Shown here one piece after another: positions 42,995-52,200 of a stretch of 64,000 nt of DNA. The translations under genes and the position numbers were made by a program. The notes below the pieces were generated by a model, which had not been told where the DNA came from, did no database searches, and saw only the letters and a program-made list of their open reading frames with translations. Source of the DNA: an uncultured Planctomycetales bacterium (GTDB taxonomy: Bacteria > Omnitrophota > Gorgyraeia > Zapsychrales > CAYRXT01); NCBI GenBank assembly GCA_964428315.1, contig CAYRXT010000004.1:4382-68381 (forward strand), read 5' to 3'. Every line of letters begins with the position of its first letter. Positions within the stretch are counted from its first letter, which is position 1.

Positions 42995-43393
42995 TTACTT
43001 TCTTTTTTCGAACCGTTTTCCTGAACCATGTCGACCTCCCTTTTTCTTTTCCGGTTTACAACAAATCACATCCCGGTTAATGCGTCCGGCCCGCCTCCGG
43101 TCCCGGACGATCACCTGGTCGTCGTTAAGCCGCGTCTTGATAAAGGCAAGCAGTCGGGCCGAACATCCGTCAACCGGACGGGAAAGGGCGTAATTCGTCC
43201 AGAAACTGTCCTGCTCTTCGGCGATGAGACCGACGGCCTTCATCTTCTTCAAATGACGGGAGACGCTGGGCTGGGCGATCCCGATGATGCCGGCCAGTTC
43301 GCAGACACACATCTTCCTTTTTTCCAGGAGCTTGACGATCCGGATCCGGTTTTTGTCTCCCAGGATTTTGAAGAGGGCCTCGAGTTCTTGCAC
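42995..43393 (-). CDS. arsR: ArsR/SmtB-family metalloregulator
   Basis: Winged-HTH with CVCELA metal-binding site. Confidence 0.85.
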   Translation of the reverse strand: MQELEALFKILGDKNRIRIVKLLEKRKMCVCELAGIIGIAQPSVSRHLKKMKAVGLIAEEQDSFWTNYALSRPVDGCSARLLAFIKTRLNDDQVIVRDRRRAGRINRDVICCKPEKKKGGRHGSGKRFEKRK

Positions 43394-43513
43394 GGGTACC
43401 GCCTTATTTATTTAGCCGTTTCGCTATATAGTTTACATGGATCGCAAAGGTTGTCAAGCGCCTTGTTATCAAGCGCCTTTCTTTTTTGCCGCCTTCCTTT
43501 TATAATAGGGGTG

Positions 43514-44008
43514 ATGAAGACGCTGCTGCTATTAAGACACGCCAAATCGAGCCGGGATGATCCCGCGCTGAAGGATCATGACCGCCCGCTGAACCCGCGC
43601 GGCGAGCGCGACGCCCCGCGCGTGGGACGGCTCATTAGAAAGGAAAACATCGTGCCGGAACGCGTGGTCAGCTCAACGGCCCTGCGGGCCAGGCAGACCG
43701 CCGAGGCCGTGGTCAGGGCCTGCGGCTGTGGAGGAGAGACGGTCTATTCCCAAAAGATCTATCTCGGCGGGCCCGAGGATTATCTCGCGGCCCTGAAAGA
43801 ACTCCCGGATTCGTGTTCCCGCGCGATGATCGTCGGACACAATCCAGACTCGGAATCCCTCCTGGAGCGGTGGACGGGACGATATCACAAACTGCCCACC
43901 GCGGCGCTGGTCCACCTTGAACTGCCGGTCGCCCGCTGGCGGGACCTGAACCTGTCCACAAACGCCCGCGTCCTGAACCTCTGGCGTCCGAAAGAATTAT
44001 CGCCCTAA
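43514..44008 (+). CDS. Histidine phosphatase superfamily protein, SixA-like
   Basis: MKTLLLLRHAKS (RHG-type catalytic motif), ~165 aa. The tracked 326-aa ORF 43028-44008 has a spurious N-terminal 160 codons antisense to arsR. Confidence 0.75.
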   Translation: MKTLLLLRHAKSSRDDPALKDHDRPLNPRGERDAPRVGRLIRKENIVPERVVSSTALRARQTAEAVVRACGCGGETVYSQKIYLGGPEDYLAALKELPDSCSRAMIVGHNPDSESLLERWTGRYHKLPTAALVHLELPVARWRDLNLSTNARVLNLWRPKELSP

Positions 44009-44025
44009 CCTCTTCTTTGTCCGGC

Positions 44026-45219
44026 TTAATAGACCGCCCCTTTCAAGGCCGCCGGAAAGACCGTCCATTCCCCCTCCCTGCGGTTGATGCGGTCGACGCA
44101 CTTCAAAAGCCTGTCCCGACGGGTCTGGGACTCGAAAAGATACAGAGGATCCGCCCGCGTCAGATTGGACACGCTCACGCCCAGGACCCGGGCGCAGATC
44201 TTTTTGAGGCCCATCAATCCCGCGATACGCAGACAGCGGCGGTATATTTCCCGGCCGTCGTAGGTGGGCTCGTAAAAGGTCTTGCGTTTGGAAAAGCCGC
44301 CGGTAAGTTCATCGCTGATGGTAAAACACACGGTCCGGCCCCAGAGATTCTTCCGCCGCAGGCGGAAACCCACCATCTCCGAAAGGAGATAGATCCATTC
44401 CCTGATATACCTCCCATCGGCCGTGGCCTCCCTCAGGGTCTGGGAATGGCCGACGGATTTAGGGGGCCCGTCCTTGTCCGCATAACAGCCGATACCCCCG
44501 GAATCCTCCGCCCGGCAGGCCGCCTTGAGCCACAGGCCGACCACCCCGAAATGTTCTTTGAGGAGGCCGTCGGGATATTCCCCCAGCTGGCCGCAGGTGC
44601 GGATCCCGAGGCTGTTAAAGCGTTCCTGCAGGCGGCGGCCGATGCCGCAGATCTTCTGCACGGGAAGGTCCCGGAGGATGGACAAGGCGTTGTCCTTGCC
44701 GAGGACGACGAGCCCGTCGGGTTTCCTGAGCTTGGCGGCCATCTTGGCGCTGAGCCTGGTCGGCGCGATGCCGACCGAACAGGTGATCCCGAAACGATCC
44801 CTGATTTTTCTTTTAATCATCCGGGCGATCTCTTCCGGCGGCCCCACCGAGCGCCGGCAGCCGTTGACGTCCAGGAAGAACTCGTCGATGGAGAACTTTT
44901 CCACGCGGGGGCTGAAGTGTTTCAGGAGCGCGAAGATGCTGTTGGAGGTGTACACGTACTTGGCCGTGTCCGCCGGGACGAAGACCGCCCGCGGACAGAT
45001 CCTGAGGGCCTTCCAGGAGGGCATGGCGTTGTCCACGCCCATGCGTTTCGCTTCATAAGAAGCGGCGCATATAATGGAGCGGTATTTGTTGTTGCGCCCG
45101 CCGATGATAACCGGCCTGCCGCGCAACGACGGGTTCACCTGCTGTTCGATGGAGGCGAAAAACGCGTCCATGTCGATGTGCATAATCAGTTCGGACACGG
45201 CCATCGGACGATATCTCAC
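44026..45219 (-). CDS. dinB: DNA polymerase IV (Y-family)
   Basis: IMHIDMDAFFASIEQ N-terminus plus palm/fingers/little-finger pattern. Confidence 0.9.
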   Translation of the reverse strand: MRYRPMAVSELIMHIDMDAFFASIEQQVNPSLRGRPVIIGGRNNKYRSIICAASYEAKRMGVDNAMPSWKALRICPRAVFVPADTAKYVYTSNSIFALLKHFSPRVEKFSIDEFFLDVNGCRRSVGPPEEIARMIKRKIRDRFGITCSVGIAPTRLSAKMAAKLRKPDGLVVLGKDNALSILRDLPVQKICGIGRRLQERFNSLGIRTCGQLGEYPDGLLKEHFGVVGLWLKAACRAEDSGGIGCYADKDGPPKSVGHSQTLREATADGRYIREWIYLLSEMVGFRLRRKNLWGRTVCFTISDELTGGFSKRKTFYEPTYDGREIYRRCLRIAGLMGLKKICARVLGVSVSNLTRADPLYLFESQTRRDRLLKCVDRINRREGEWTVFPAALKGAVY

Positions 45220-45503
45220 TCCATCGGCATCACTTTTTCCAGACGCCAGTGGGTGTGCCGGCTGTTGAAATAGATCTGGAAGACATTGCCGCCGTCGGTG
45301 ACGGTGAAATAATGCAGAAGGTCATCCCCCCTTCGGTCTTTCCAGCGGTAGGTGATCTCCCTGACCGCGTATCTGCGCCCCTCCCAGACGAACCAGCGCG
45401 GATAGAGCCGCCCTTTTTTGCAGATAACCCCGACCTCGATGGCCTCGGCGCCGCGGTCCTCGGCGGGGAGGTGTCTGTCCCAGCGGGAATCGTTGGTGAA
45501 CAT
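45216..45503 (-). CDS. Small Trp/Arg-rich hypothetical protein translationally coupled to dinB
   Basis: ~95 aa from MFTNDSRWD (GAGGA SD upstream); stop overlaps the dinB start (ATGA); no known motif. Confidence 0.45.
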   Translation of the reverse strand: MFTNDSRWDRHLPAEDRGAEAIEVGVICKKGRLYPRWFVWEGRRYAVREITYRWKDRRGDDLLHYFTVTDGGNVFQIYFNSRHTHWRLEKVMPME

Positions 45504-45750
45504 GGCCTCTGTCCTCAAACGTTTTTGCCGAATGCTAAGAGATGAGCGATGAGAAGAGACGGGAAAGGAACGGGCGGCCCTGCGCCGCATCAAAGATGCG
45601 GCGCAGGGCCGACCTTCTCCCGAACCGCAACAACTATACCACACGCCTGTGTGGGTGTAAAGATAATTCTTCTCCCTCAAAAAAATATCCCCCCGTCCCC
45701 GCCTGAGGCGGCAACAGGGGGATACAGATCACGGTCAACACAAAACACGC

Positions 45751-46803
<1,053 letters not shown>

Positions 46804-46877
46804 GATAATCACTCCTTTATTAAGCGGATTGTTCGTTAATGGATTGTTTGCGCCCGGCAAGCCCGTGAAATTGACAT

Positions 46878-46906
46878 ATGATACAACATCCAGCGTCCTT
46901 GTGCAA
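46878..46906 (-). promoter_or_regulatory. Sigma70-type promoter for fbaB
   Basis: Minus strand TTGCAC-17 nt-TATCAT, ~80 nt upstream of the fbaB ATG. Confidence 0.4.
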
Positions 46907-47049
46907 ATGAAAAAACCGAATTACCGGAAAATCGGGCGGGAAAAGATGAGGATATCATCACAACTCAATGCGTAAGATATGCATATGCCCTTTGGGAATT
47001 CTTTCTAAAGGCGGCATGTCAATCTGTCCGGATCCAAACACAAAACGGG

Positions 47050-48246
47050 TTATGTCTTGCCTTCTTTCGCTCTCTGAGCTTCAAGCCATATAAACAAGTA
47101 CTGGAGATCACTGGTAAACTTATATCCTCCCCGGTCGGCCTCCTTATCCTCCATTAGCACTCCCAATTCTTTCATCTTACGCAAAAAATTATCAAAAACT
47201 CTCGCCTCTTCCGCTTTAAGGTTGTTAACGGCATCCTTTCTCCTGAATTGAGTTTCAAAGGGTCTGTTGGCCAATTTGCGCAATATCGTCCGATACTTCT
47301 GACTCCGAATGGCGTTATAAACCTGCGGTTCAATATATTTCTGGCCGATAACATCCGCCGCTCTTAAAACACCCTGAAGCGCATCTTGATCATCAATCCG
47401 GTCATCTTTATCAACTTTGAAAACGGCATCTCCTATTTCATGAGCTAAAACAGGATACCCCCCGGAAAATTTGCACAGCGTGTTCAGGGCCTGAGGATCG
47501 ATCTCAACACCAACTTTCAAAAAAGATTGTTTAAAAAATTCAGCGGTTTCTTCTCGTGACAACTTTTGAATCTCAATGGGATCAAATACTCTTGCCAGAG
47601 ACGGCTGGCATTTGAACAGCTGCATTCTGCGTTCCGGCAGACCGACCAAAACAAGGAGCACGGGCAGAGGCAGATCCGATGTGGCGACTTCATCTACTAA
47701 ACTCTTCAACCAGTTTGCAAATTCCTCGGAGCAAGCCATGCCATTAATATCATCCAAAACCAGCACAATGCCCTTCTTGCCGTTACCAAGCTGTTGGATA
47801 AGGCGGCGCATAGACGAGGCAAAATGATTAACCAACGGATTCAAATCCTTTGCATCAGCGCTAAATTCCACGGTCACTCCAAACAGTCCCACTTCCCGAA
47901 CATGTTCCCCGAGAAAAGATTTGATTTTCTGATACCAAGGGCGATCAATACTGTCTCTTAATATCTTTTCAAAAATTCTTCTGACCATTTCCTGCAACGA
48001 ATTGACTCCGCCAAGAAAGACATGGACACCGAAGACTCCGGAGTCTTTTTCGGCAATAACCCTTCCAATATGGCACAATGAACTCTTGCCGATCCCTCTG
48101 TCTCCATAAACAAAAATACGCTCAATCCGTCCTTCAGAAGCAGCCTTAGCCTTATCCGCAATAGACCTGACCTCCTGGGCCCTGCCGACAAAAAAGTCCA
48201 CCGGGACAGGGACTCCGGGGGTAAAAGGGGAATATTCTTTGGGCAT
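47050..48246 (-). CDS. Orphan AAA-type ATPase (archaeal-ATPase-like family) in a low-GC island
   Basis: FFVGRAQEV...YGDRGIGKSSL Walker A, LVLDDI Walker B; gene and flanks are markedly A/T-rich versus surrounding DNA. Confidence 0.75.
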   Translation of the reverse strand: MPKEYSPFTPGVPVPVDFFVGRAQEVRSIADKAKAASEGRIERIFVYGDRGIGKSSLCHIGRVIAEKDSGVFGVHVFLGGVNSLQEMVRRIFEKILRDSIDRPWYQKIKSFLGEHVREVGLFGVTVEFSADAKDLNPLVNHFASSMRRLIQQLGNGKKGIVLVLDDINGMACSEEFANWLKSLVDEVATSDLPLPVLLVLVGLPERRMQLFKCQPSLARVFDPIEIQKLSREETAEFFKQSFLKVGVEIDPQALNTLCKFSGGYPVLAHEIGDAVFKVDKDDRIDDQDALQGVLRAADVIGQKYIEPQVYNAIRSQKYRTILRKLANRPFETQFRRKDAVNNLKAEEARVFDNFLRKMKELGVLMEDKEADRGGYKFTSDLQYLFIWLEAQRAKEGKT

Positions 48247-48445
48247 TTTTTATCTCCTGCGACCGTAAGTCTTCCAAAAAACTGTTTTATTTTAACATAC
48301 CTGCCTGAAACTTATGAAATAATTTTCAATTCCTTTCTTTTTAAACCGGAGCGGATTCACTGGATTCATAGAAAAAAGAGCGCCTCTGCCAAATTATGCG
48401 TGTCAAAATTAGGAATGCAATGTCGAGGAGAACTCGTCTTAGAGA

Positions 48446-48586
48446 CATGGAGCCCAACGGGCAAGCCCGTGATCCCTCTCTTATCCGACTTCGTAAATCT
48501 TCAGGCGCAATCCGACGAAGCGCCACGGCTTTTAGTCCGCATTCATCCACGGCTAAAAGCCGTGGTATTCTGCGAAGTCGGATAAA
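48446..48586. repeat. 141-bp structured repeat, copy 1 (REP/MITE-like)
   Basis: ~95% identical to 56513-56653, same orientation; contains hairpins CACGGGCaaGCCCGTG, GGCGC...GCGCC, CCACGGCTTTTAG...CTAAAAGCCGTGG, enclosed by TATCCGACTTCG...CGAAGTCGGATA. Confidence 0.7.
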
Positions 48587-48632
48587 CCGCCGTCACGCCC
48601 AGGACTATTGTCCAGCGGATCTCTTTCATATC

Positions 48633-49319
48633 CTATTTCCGGTAAGAGGAATAGACAATCCTCACTTTTTCCGACAGGACGAGATCGTGGGGAACTATCA
48701 TTCGCCGCTCCAGGGGCAGTTCACCTCCGGCAAGCATGCGGATAAAATCCTCATAAGGCCGCCAGTTCAAATCCCCAAGCCGCTTCAAGCCGGCGAGACG
48801 GATTCCCGCCCCGAACATTGACGCCTTGTAGATCAGCTCTGAACAGTAGATCTTCCGGTCATCCATTTCATAGAGGACATCGTACGGCCTGCCGAGGTAA
48901 CGGTAGGCGGCGGCAACAACGGCGGGGATCGCCGGTTTATAGGCATCTTTCAGACGGACAACGGTGCATTTCTGACCGATCCCGAAGGCGATCCATTGAT
49001 TCAACGGCGTCTCTTTCACGGGCCCCACCGCCTCCAAGACATAATAGCCGCCGCTTTTTTGGATGATGATGCCGCAGTGGTTGTAACGGCTGGCCGTCAC
49101 GCCGGAGATCACGTCCAAGAGATCGCCGGGCAACTGCTGAAAAATGAAATCGCCGTGGCGGACATCCATGCCGCGCGTGTAATTGATGAACCGTGCGCGG
49201 AAAAGCGCCGCGAGATAAGATGTCTCGTTGACGGCAAGAATATAAATGATCCCGACGATAAAAACGAACCAAAGGCAGATTGTTCTGATGCGGTCATGCT
49301 GCGGCTTCATGAAAGGCAC
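48633..49319 (-). CDS. Permuted papain-fold amidase, YiiX/YaeF (C92) family
   Basis: N-terminal TM/signal; His-then-Cys order (NHCGIII ... YCSELIY) typical of the permuted family. Confidence 0.65.
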   Translation of the reverse strand: MPFMKPQHDRIRTICLWFVFIVGIIYILAVNETSYLAALFRARFINYTRGMDVRHGDFIFQQLPGDLLDVISGVTASRYNHCGIIIQKSGGYYVLEAVGPVKETPLNQWIAFGIGQKCTVVRLKDAYKPAIPAVVAAAYRYLGRPYDVLYEMDDRKIYCSELIYKASMFGAGIRLAGLKRLGDLNWRPYEDFIRMLAGGELPLERRMIVPHDLVLSEKVRIVYSSYRK

Positions 49320-49328
49320 CGGTCGTGT

Positions 49329-49601
49329 TCAGCGGTCTTTTCGCCCCGTGTCCCGTAACTGACACTGTCCCAGGGCAAAGGCCAAGAGGGAGCCGAACAG
49401 GATCATCCACGGCAGATCGAAATGCCCTCTCTGCCGCAGGGAAAGATAACCCGTAAAGACAAAAAACGCGCCCCAGAGGACCTTCCGGCCGGGCTTTAAG
49501 CCGAAACCGTCACAATAGGAGAAATACATATAAAGCACGTAAGCTCCCAGCGCCAGCCATTCCAGAAAGATGTCCTCTGAAGAACAGGCTACCGCCATCA
49601 A
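49329..49601 (-). CDS. Small hypothetical membrane protein
   Basis: 90 aa, two hydrophobic helices. Confidence 0.45.
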   Translation of the reverse strand: MMAVACSSEDIFLEWLALGAYVLYMYFSYCDGFGLKPGRKVLWGAFFVFTGYLSLRQRGHFDLPWMILFGSLLAFALGQCQLRDTGRKDR

Positions 49602-49957
49602 TCATATCCTCCCTTGGAAAGCAGGTTATGAATAAATCTCTTTATCCGGCTCTCTCCTCCCAGTTTCCCGTGAACCGACTGCAGTTTGCTCTCCATGGTC
49701 AGGGGCTTGTCCTTGCGGTCATCCAGTTCGATGAAGGTCACGATCCTGTCGCTGGATTCGAGGGCGGCGCGGTGCATCTTTCCCGCCACCGTAAAAAGCT
49801 GTTCGATAGTTTCACCCTCGACGATCGTCCCCATCGGCGTCGTCTGGTGGGATGTGTCTTTTTCTTCATCCAGCGCTTTCAGGGCAGGAATAATCTTGTC
49901 GCTCACCGAAGCCGTCTTTGTGCCCAGAGGCAGAATCTTGATTTCCATAATCGGCAT
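49598..49957 (-). CDS. MTH1187/YkoF-family (UPF0045) small ligand-binding protein
   Basis: ~115 aa, MEIKILPLG...ASVS N-terminal pattern typical of the family. Confidence 0.6.
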   Translation of the reverse strand: MPIMEIKILPLGTKTASVSDKIIPALKALDEEKDTSHQTTPMGTIVEGETIEQLFTVAGKMHRAALESSDRIVTFIELDDRKDKPLTMESKLQSVHGKLGGESRIKRFIHNLLSKGGYD

Positions 49958-50203
49958 GATTGTTCCTCCTCGTCTCGTTCCCCCGGCCCCTCAAGGACCG
50001 GCACCTTCTTTAAATATTTTTCCTCTCATCATCCTGCTGTTTCTCATCATACCAAGTCACTTTCTCTCTGTCTATTCTTCTTCTTTAAATGTTGCCCCAT
50101 CCCCCCTCGTTCTGCCGCCCTCCGGCCATATTGACCCCCCGGGGGACTAATGATAGAATGATTTCCCCCGGCCAGGACTCCCTGGCCTCACGGAGAAGAC
50201 GCG

Positions 50204-50770
50204 ATGAGACACAAAAAACCGACAAGATTAGTCTGCCTCTTCATAGGGTTCGCCTTCTTCTTCGAAGGATGCGCCTCTCTCCCGGGACAGCCTCCCCCGT
50301 CCGTAAAAAAGACCGTTGTCAGCGGGTCCTGGGATCCCGCCGACGCGCGGGTCATCGCCTATGAACTGGTGAGCGACTGCCTGGGAAGCTCCTGGCTTCT
50401 GGAATTCAATGCCGAACATCAAAGGGAACCTGTCGTCACCGTGGGACCCGTCCTGAACCAGACCTCCGAAAAGATCGACATGACCCTCTTTATGGAAAAC
50501 CTCAGCCGGGACCTTCTCCGGCCGCGGGAAATCATCGTGAAAGATTTCGCCGATCCCGCCGCCGGGGACGCGCCCGGGGAGGCCGGCCCGGATTTTATCC
50601 TCCGGGGAAGCCTTCACGCCTTTCAGGAACCGTCCGGCGGACAGCCGGTGAACGTCTATCGGGTCAATCTGGAACTGGTGGAGGCGGCCGGCGGGAATAT
50701 CGTCTGGCTTGGGGAAACCGAATTGAGGAAACAAACACGTAAAACAGAATATCGTCACCTGTCGCTATAA
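50204..50770 (+). CDS. Lipoprotein, LpoB-like (penicillin-binding-protein activator) fold suggested
   Basis: Signal peptide + Cys; segments TVGPVLNQT and NVYRVNLELVEAAGGNIVWLGETEL parallel E. coli LpoB; weak. Confidence 0.4.
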   Translation: MRHKKPTRLVCLFIGFAFFFEGCASLPGQPPPSVKKTVVSGSWDPADARVIAYELVSDCLGSSWLLEFNAEHQREPVVTVGPVLNQTSEKIDMTLFMENLSRDLLRPREIIVKDFADPAAGDAPGEAGPDFILRGSLHAFQEPSGGQPVNVYRVNLELVEAAGGNIVWLGETELRKQTRKTEYRHLSL

Positions 50771-50796
50771 AACCGCTGACCCTTCCCTCTGCCGCC

Positions 50797-52179
50797 TCAC
50801 GAACAGTCGCGGATCAGAGGCGCCATGCGGGCCGCCTGACATACCGCCTTTTCTTCCATGCAAAGATAAAGATAAACTTTCGGGGCGTGCCGCCGTATCC
50901 ATCCCTTCATCTTTGTGAACATCTCCGTTCGTAATTTCCGGGGATAGCGGTATTTCCCGTCGTAGCCGGTCACGAGCGGTCCGTCGAGAAGGGTGTTGCG
51001 TGGAAAACGGTTCTCGATGACCCTTTTGACTCCGGCCGTCATTCGCAACGCGCCGAGACTGACCCAGGCCAGCCGGGATGGATCAATCCGCGAAAAGACG
51101 CGGTCCACGGTCTCCTCATAGTCTTTCTCCCAGTTGTCGTAAACAATCACGGGATCGAAATGAAAGCCCACCCTGTAACCCGCCCGGACGCAAGCCTCAG
51201 CTGCCTTGATCCTCTTTTCAAGCGGGGCAGTGAAAAGCTCGTTTTCCTCGACCATGCGCGGGGGGTTGACCGACCAGGACACGACAATGTTGTCGGACCC
51301 GGGGATCTTTAACAGGTTATCGATGTTATCGCTCTTGGTCTTGAATTCGAAGGTGCTGCCCGGGAAATCCCGGAAGAACCGGACGATGGGAACGGAGAAT
51401 TCCGTTATGTGGTCGAACACCAGCGAGTCCGTGAGCTCGCCCGAACCCAGCCGGATATCCTGTTTATACCGGCGGAAGGCGTCAAAGAAATCCCCAAGGT
51501 TCGCCGGGATCGTAATCCCCGGAGCGTTGATATATCCCTGGAGAAAACAGTAGGAACATTCAAACGTGCAGCCGGCGCCCAGGTTGACGTTATGGTAACC
51601 GCAGGAGACCGTCTTGAGCGAACACGGACAGGGCCGGAAAAAATCGTATTTCTCCCGGATAATATAGAACGTGTCGGGCCGGCCGTTATAATCCCCGATC
51701 GTAAACCGTTTTTCTTTCACGGTTGTTTTATAGGAATCTATTTCGGTGAATTCGCACCGAGAGCCGAAACGCCGTTTCAGGCGGGCCACAAAGTCCGTGC
51801 GGGCAACGGACCGCTCCACGACAAAACGCCTGGGCAAGGAACGCGGAGGCCTCTTCCCCGTCACCTCCATGCCTGCGCGGACATCCAGTCCGGGAAGGAT
51901 GTGGCCGCTGATTTCTTGGGAGGCCAGACCGGGAAAGCGCCGTTTCAAAAGAGAGGACTTGATATCCTCGAACCGCCCGGCGGTTTTTTCTGGACCGAGG
52001 ATCTGCCGAAAGTCGCTGTTTTCTTTCTTGGCGATCTCGAAGACCAGACGCGCGATCTGGTTCCGGCGGTTCGGCCCGAAGCGGGAGAAACGCTCCGAAA
52101 CAAAGACTCGGACGGCTTGGGCCAAATGCGCGGCGTCGGGTTGCGCGCGTCGACTATCGTGCTTGCAGTCCGTCGTCAT
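50797..52179 (-). CDS. Radical SAM protein, spore-photoproduct-lyase (SplB) family
   Basis: GCTFECSYCFLQ vs SplB GCMGHCHYCYLQ; FEFKTKSDNIDNLL and PLEKRIKAAEACVRAGYRVGF blocks collinear with B. subtilis SplB. ~100-aa N-terminal extension or a later start (MEVTG, ~51870). Confidence 0.75.
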   Translation of the reverse strand: MTTDCKHDSRRAQPDAAHLAQAVRVFVSERFSRFGPNRRNQIARLVFEIAKKENSDFRQILGPEKTAGRFEDIKSSLLKRRFPGLASQEISGHILPGLDVRAGMEVTGKRPPRSLPRRFVVERSVARTDFVARLKRRFGSRCEFTEIDSYKTTVKEKRFTIGDYNGRPDTFYIIREKYDFFRPCPCSLKTVSCGYHNVNLGAGCTFECSYCFLQGYINAPGITIPANLGDFFDAFRRYKQDIRLGSGELTDSLVFDHITEFSVPIVRFFRDFPGSTFEFKTKSDNIDNLLKIPGSDNIVVSWSVNPPRMVEENELFTAPLEKRIKAAEACVRAGYRVGFHFDPVIVYDNWEKDYEETVDRVFSRIDPSRLAWVSLGALRMTAGVKRVIENRFPRNTLLDGPLVTGYDGKYRYPRKLRTEMFTKMKGWIRRHAPKVYLYLCMEEKAVCQAARMAPLIRDCS

Positions 52180-52200
52180 AGTGTTATAATTCTATCATAA

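Noticed and set aside
43028-44008. 326-aa plus-strand ORF
   Set aside because: Only the last ~165 codons (from ATG 43514, MKTLLLLRHAKS) form a coherent SixA-like protein. The first 160 codons are antisense to arsR and low-complexity.
46856-46868. 13-nt exact match (GGCAAGCCCGTGA) between the fbaB leader and the 141-bp repeat, possibly a third degenerate repeat copy
   Set aside because: About 100 chance 13-mer matches are expected within a 64-kb window on both strands. The hairpin partner sequence is not conserved at this site, so this is not evidence of another copy.
48341-48585. ORFs 48341-48550 (-), 48396-48585 (+) and 56446-56652 (+), with near-identical 60-70-aa products
   Set aside because: They are translations of the 141-bp structured repeat and its immediate flank. 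The identity reflects the DNA repeat, not a duplicated protein-coding gene. There is no SD or start context.
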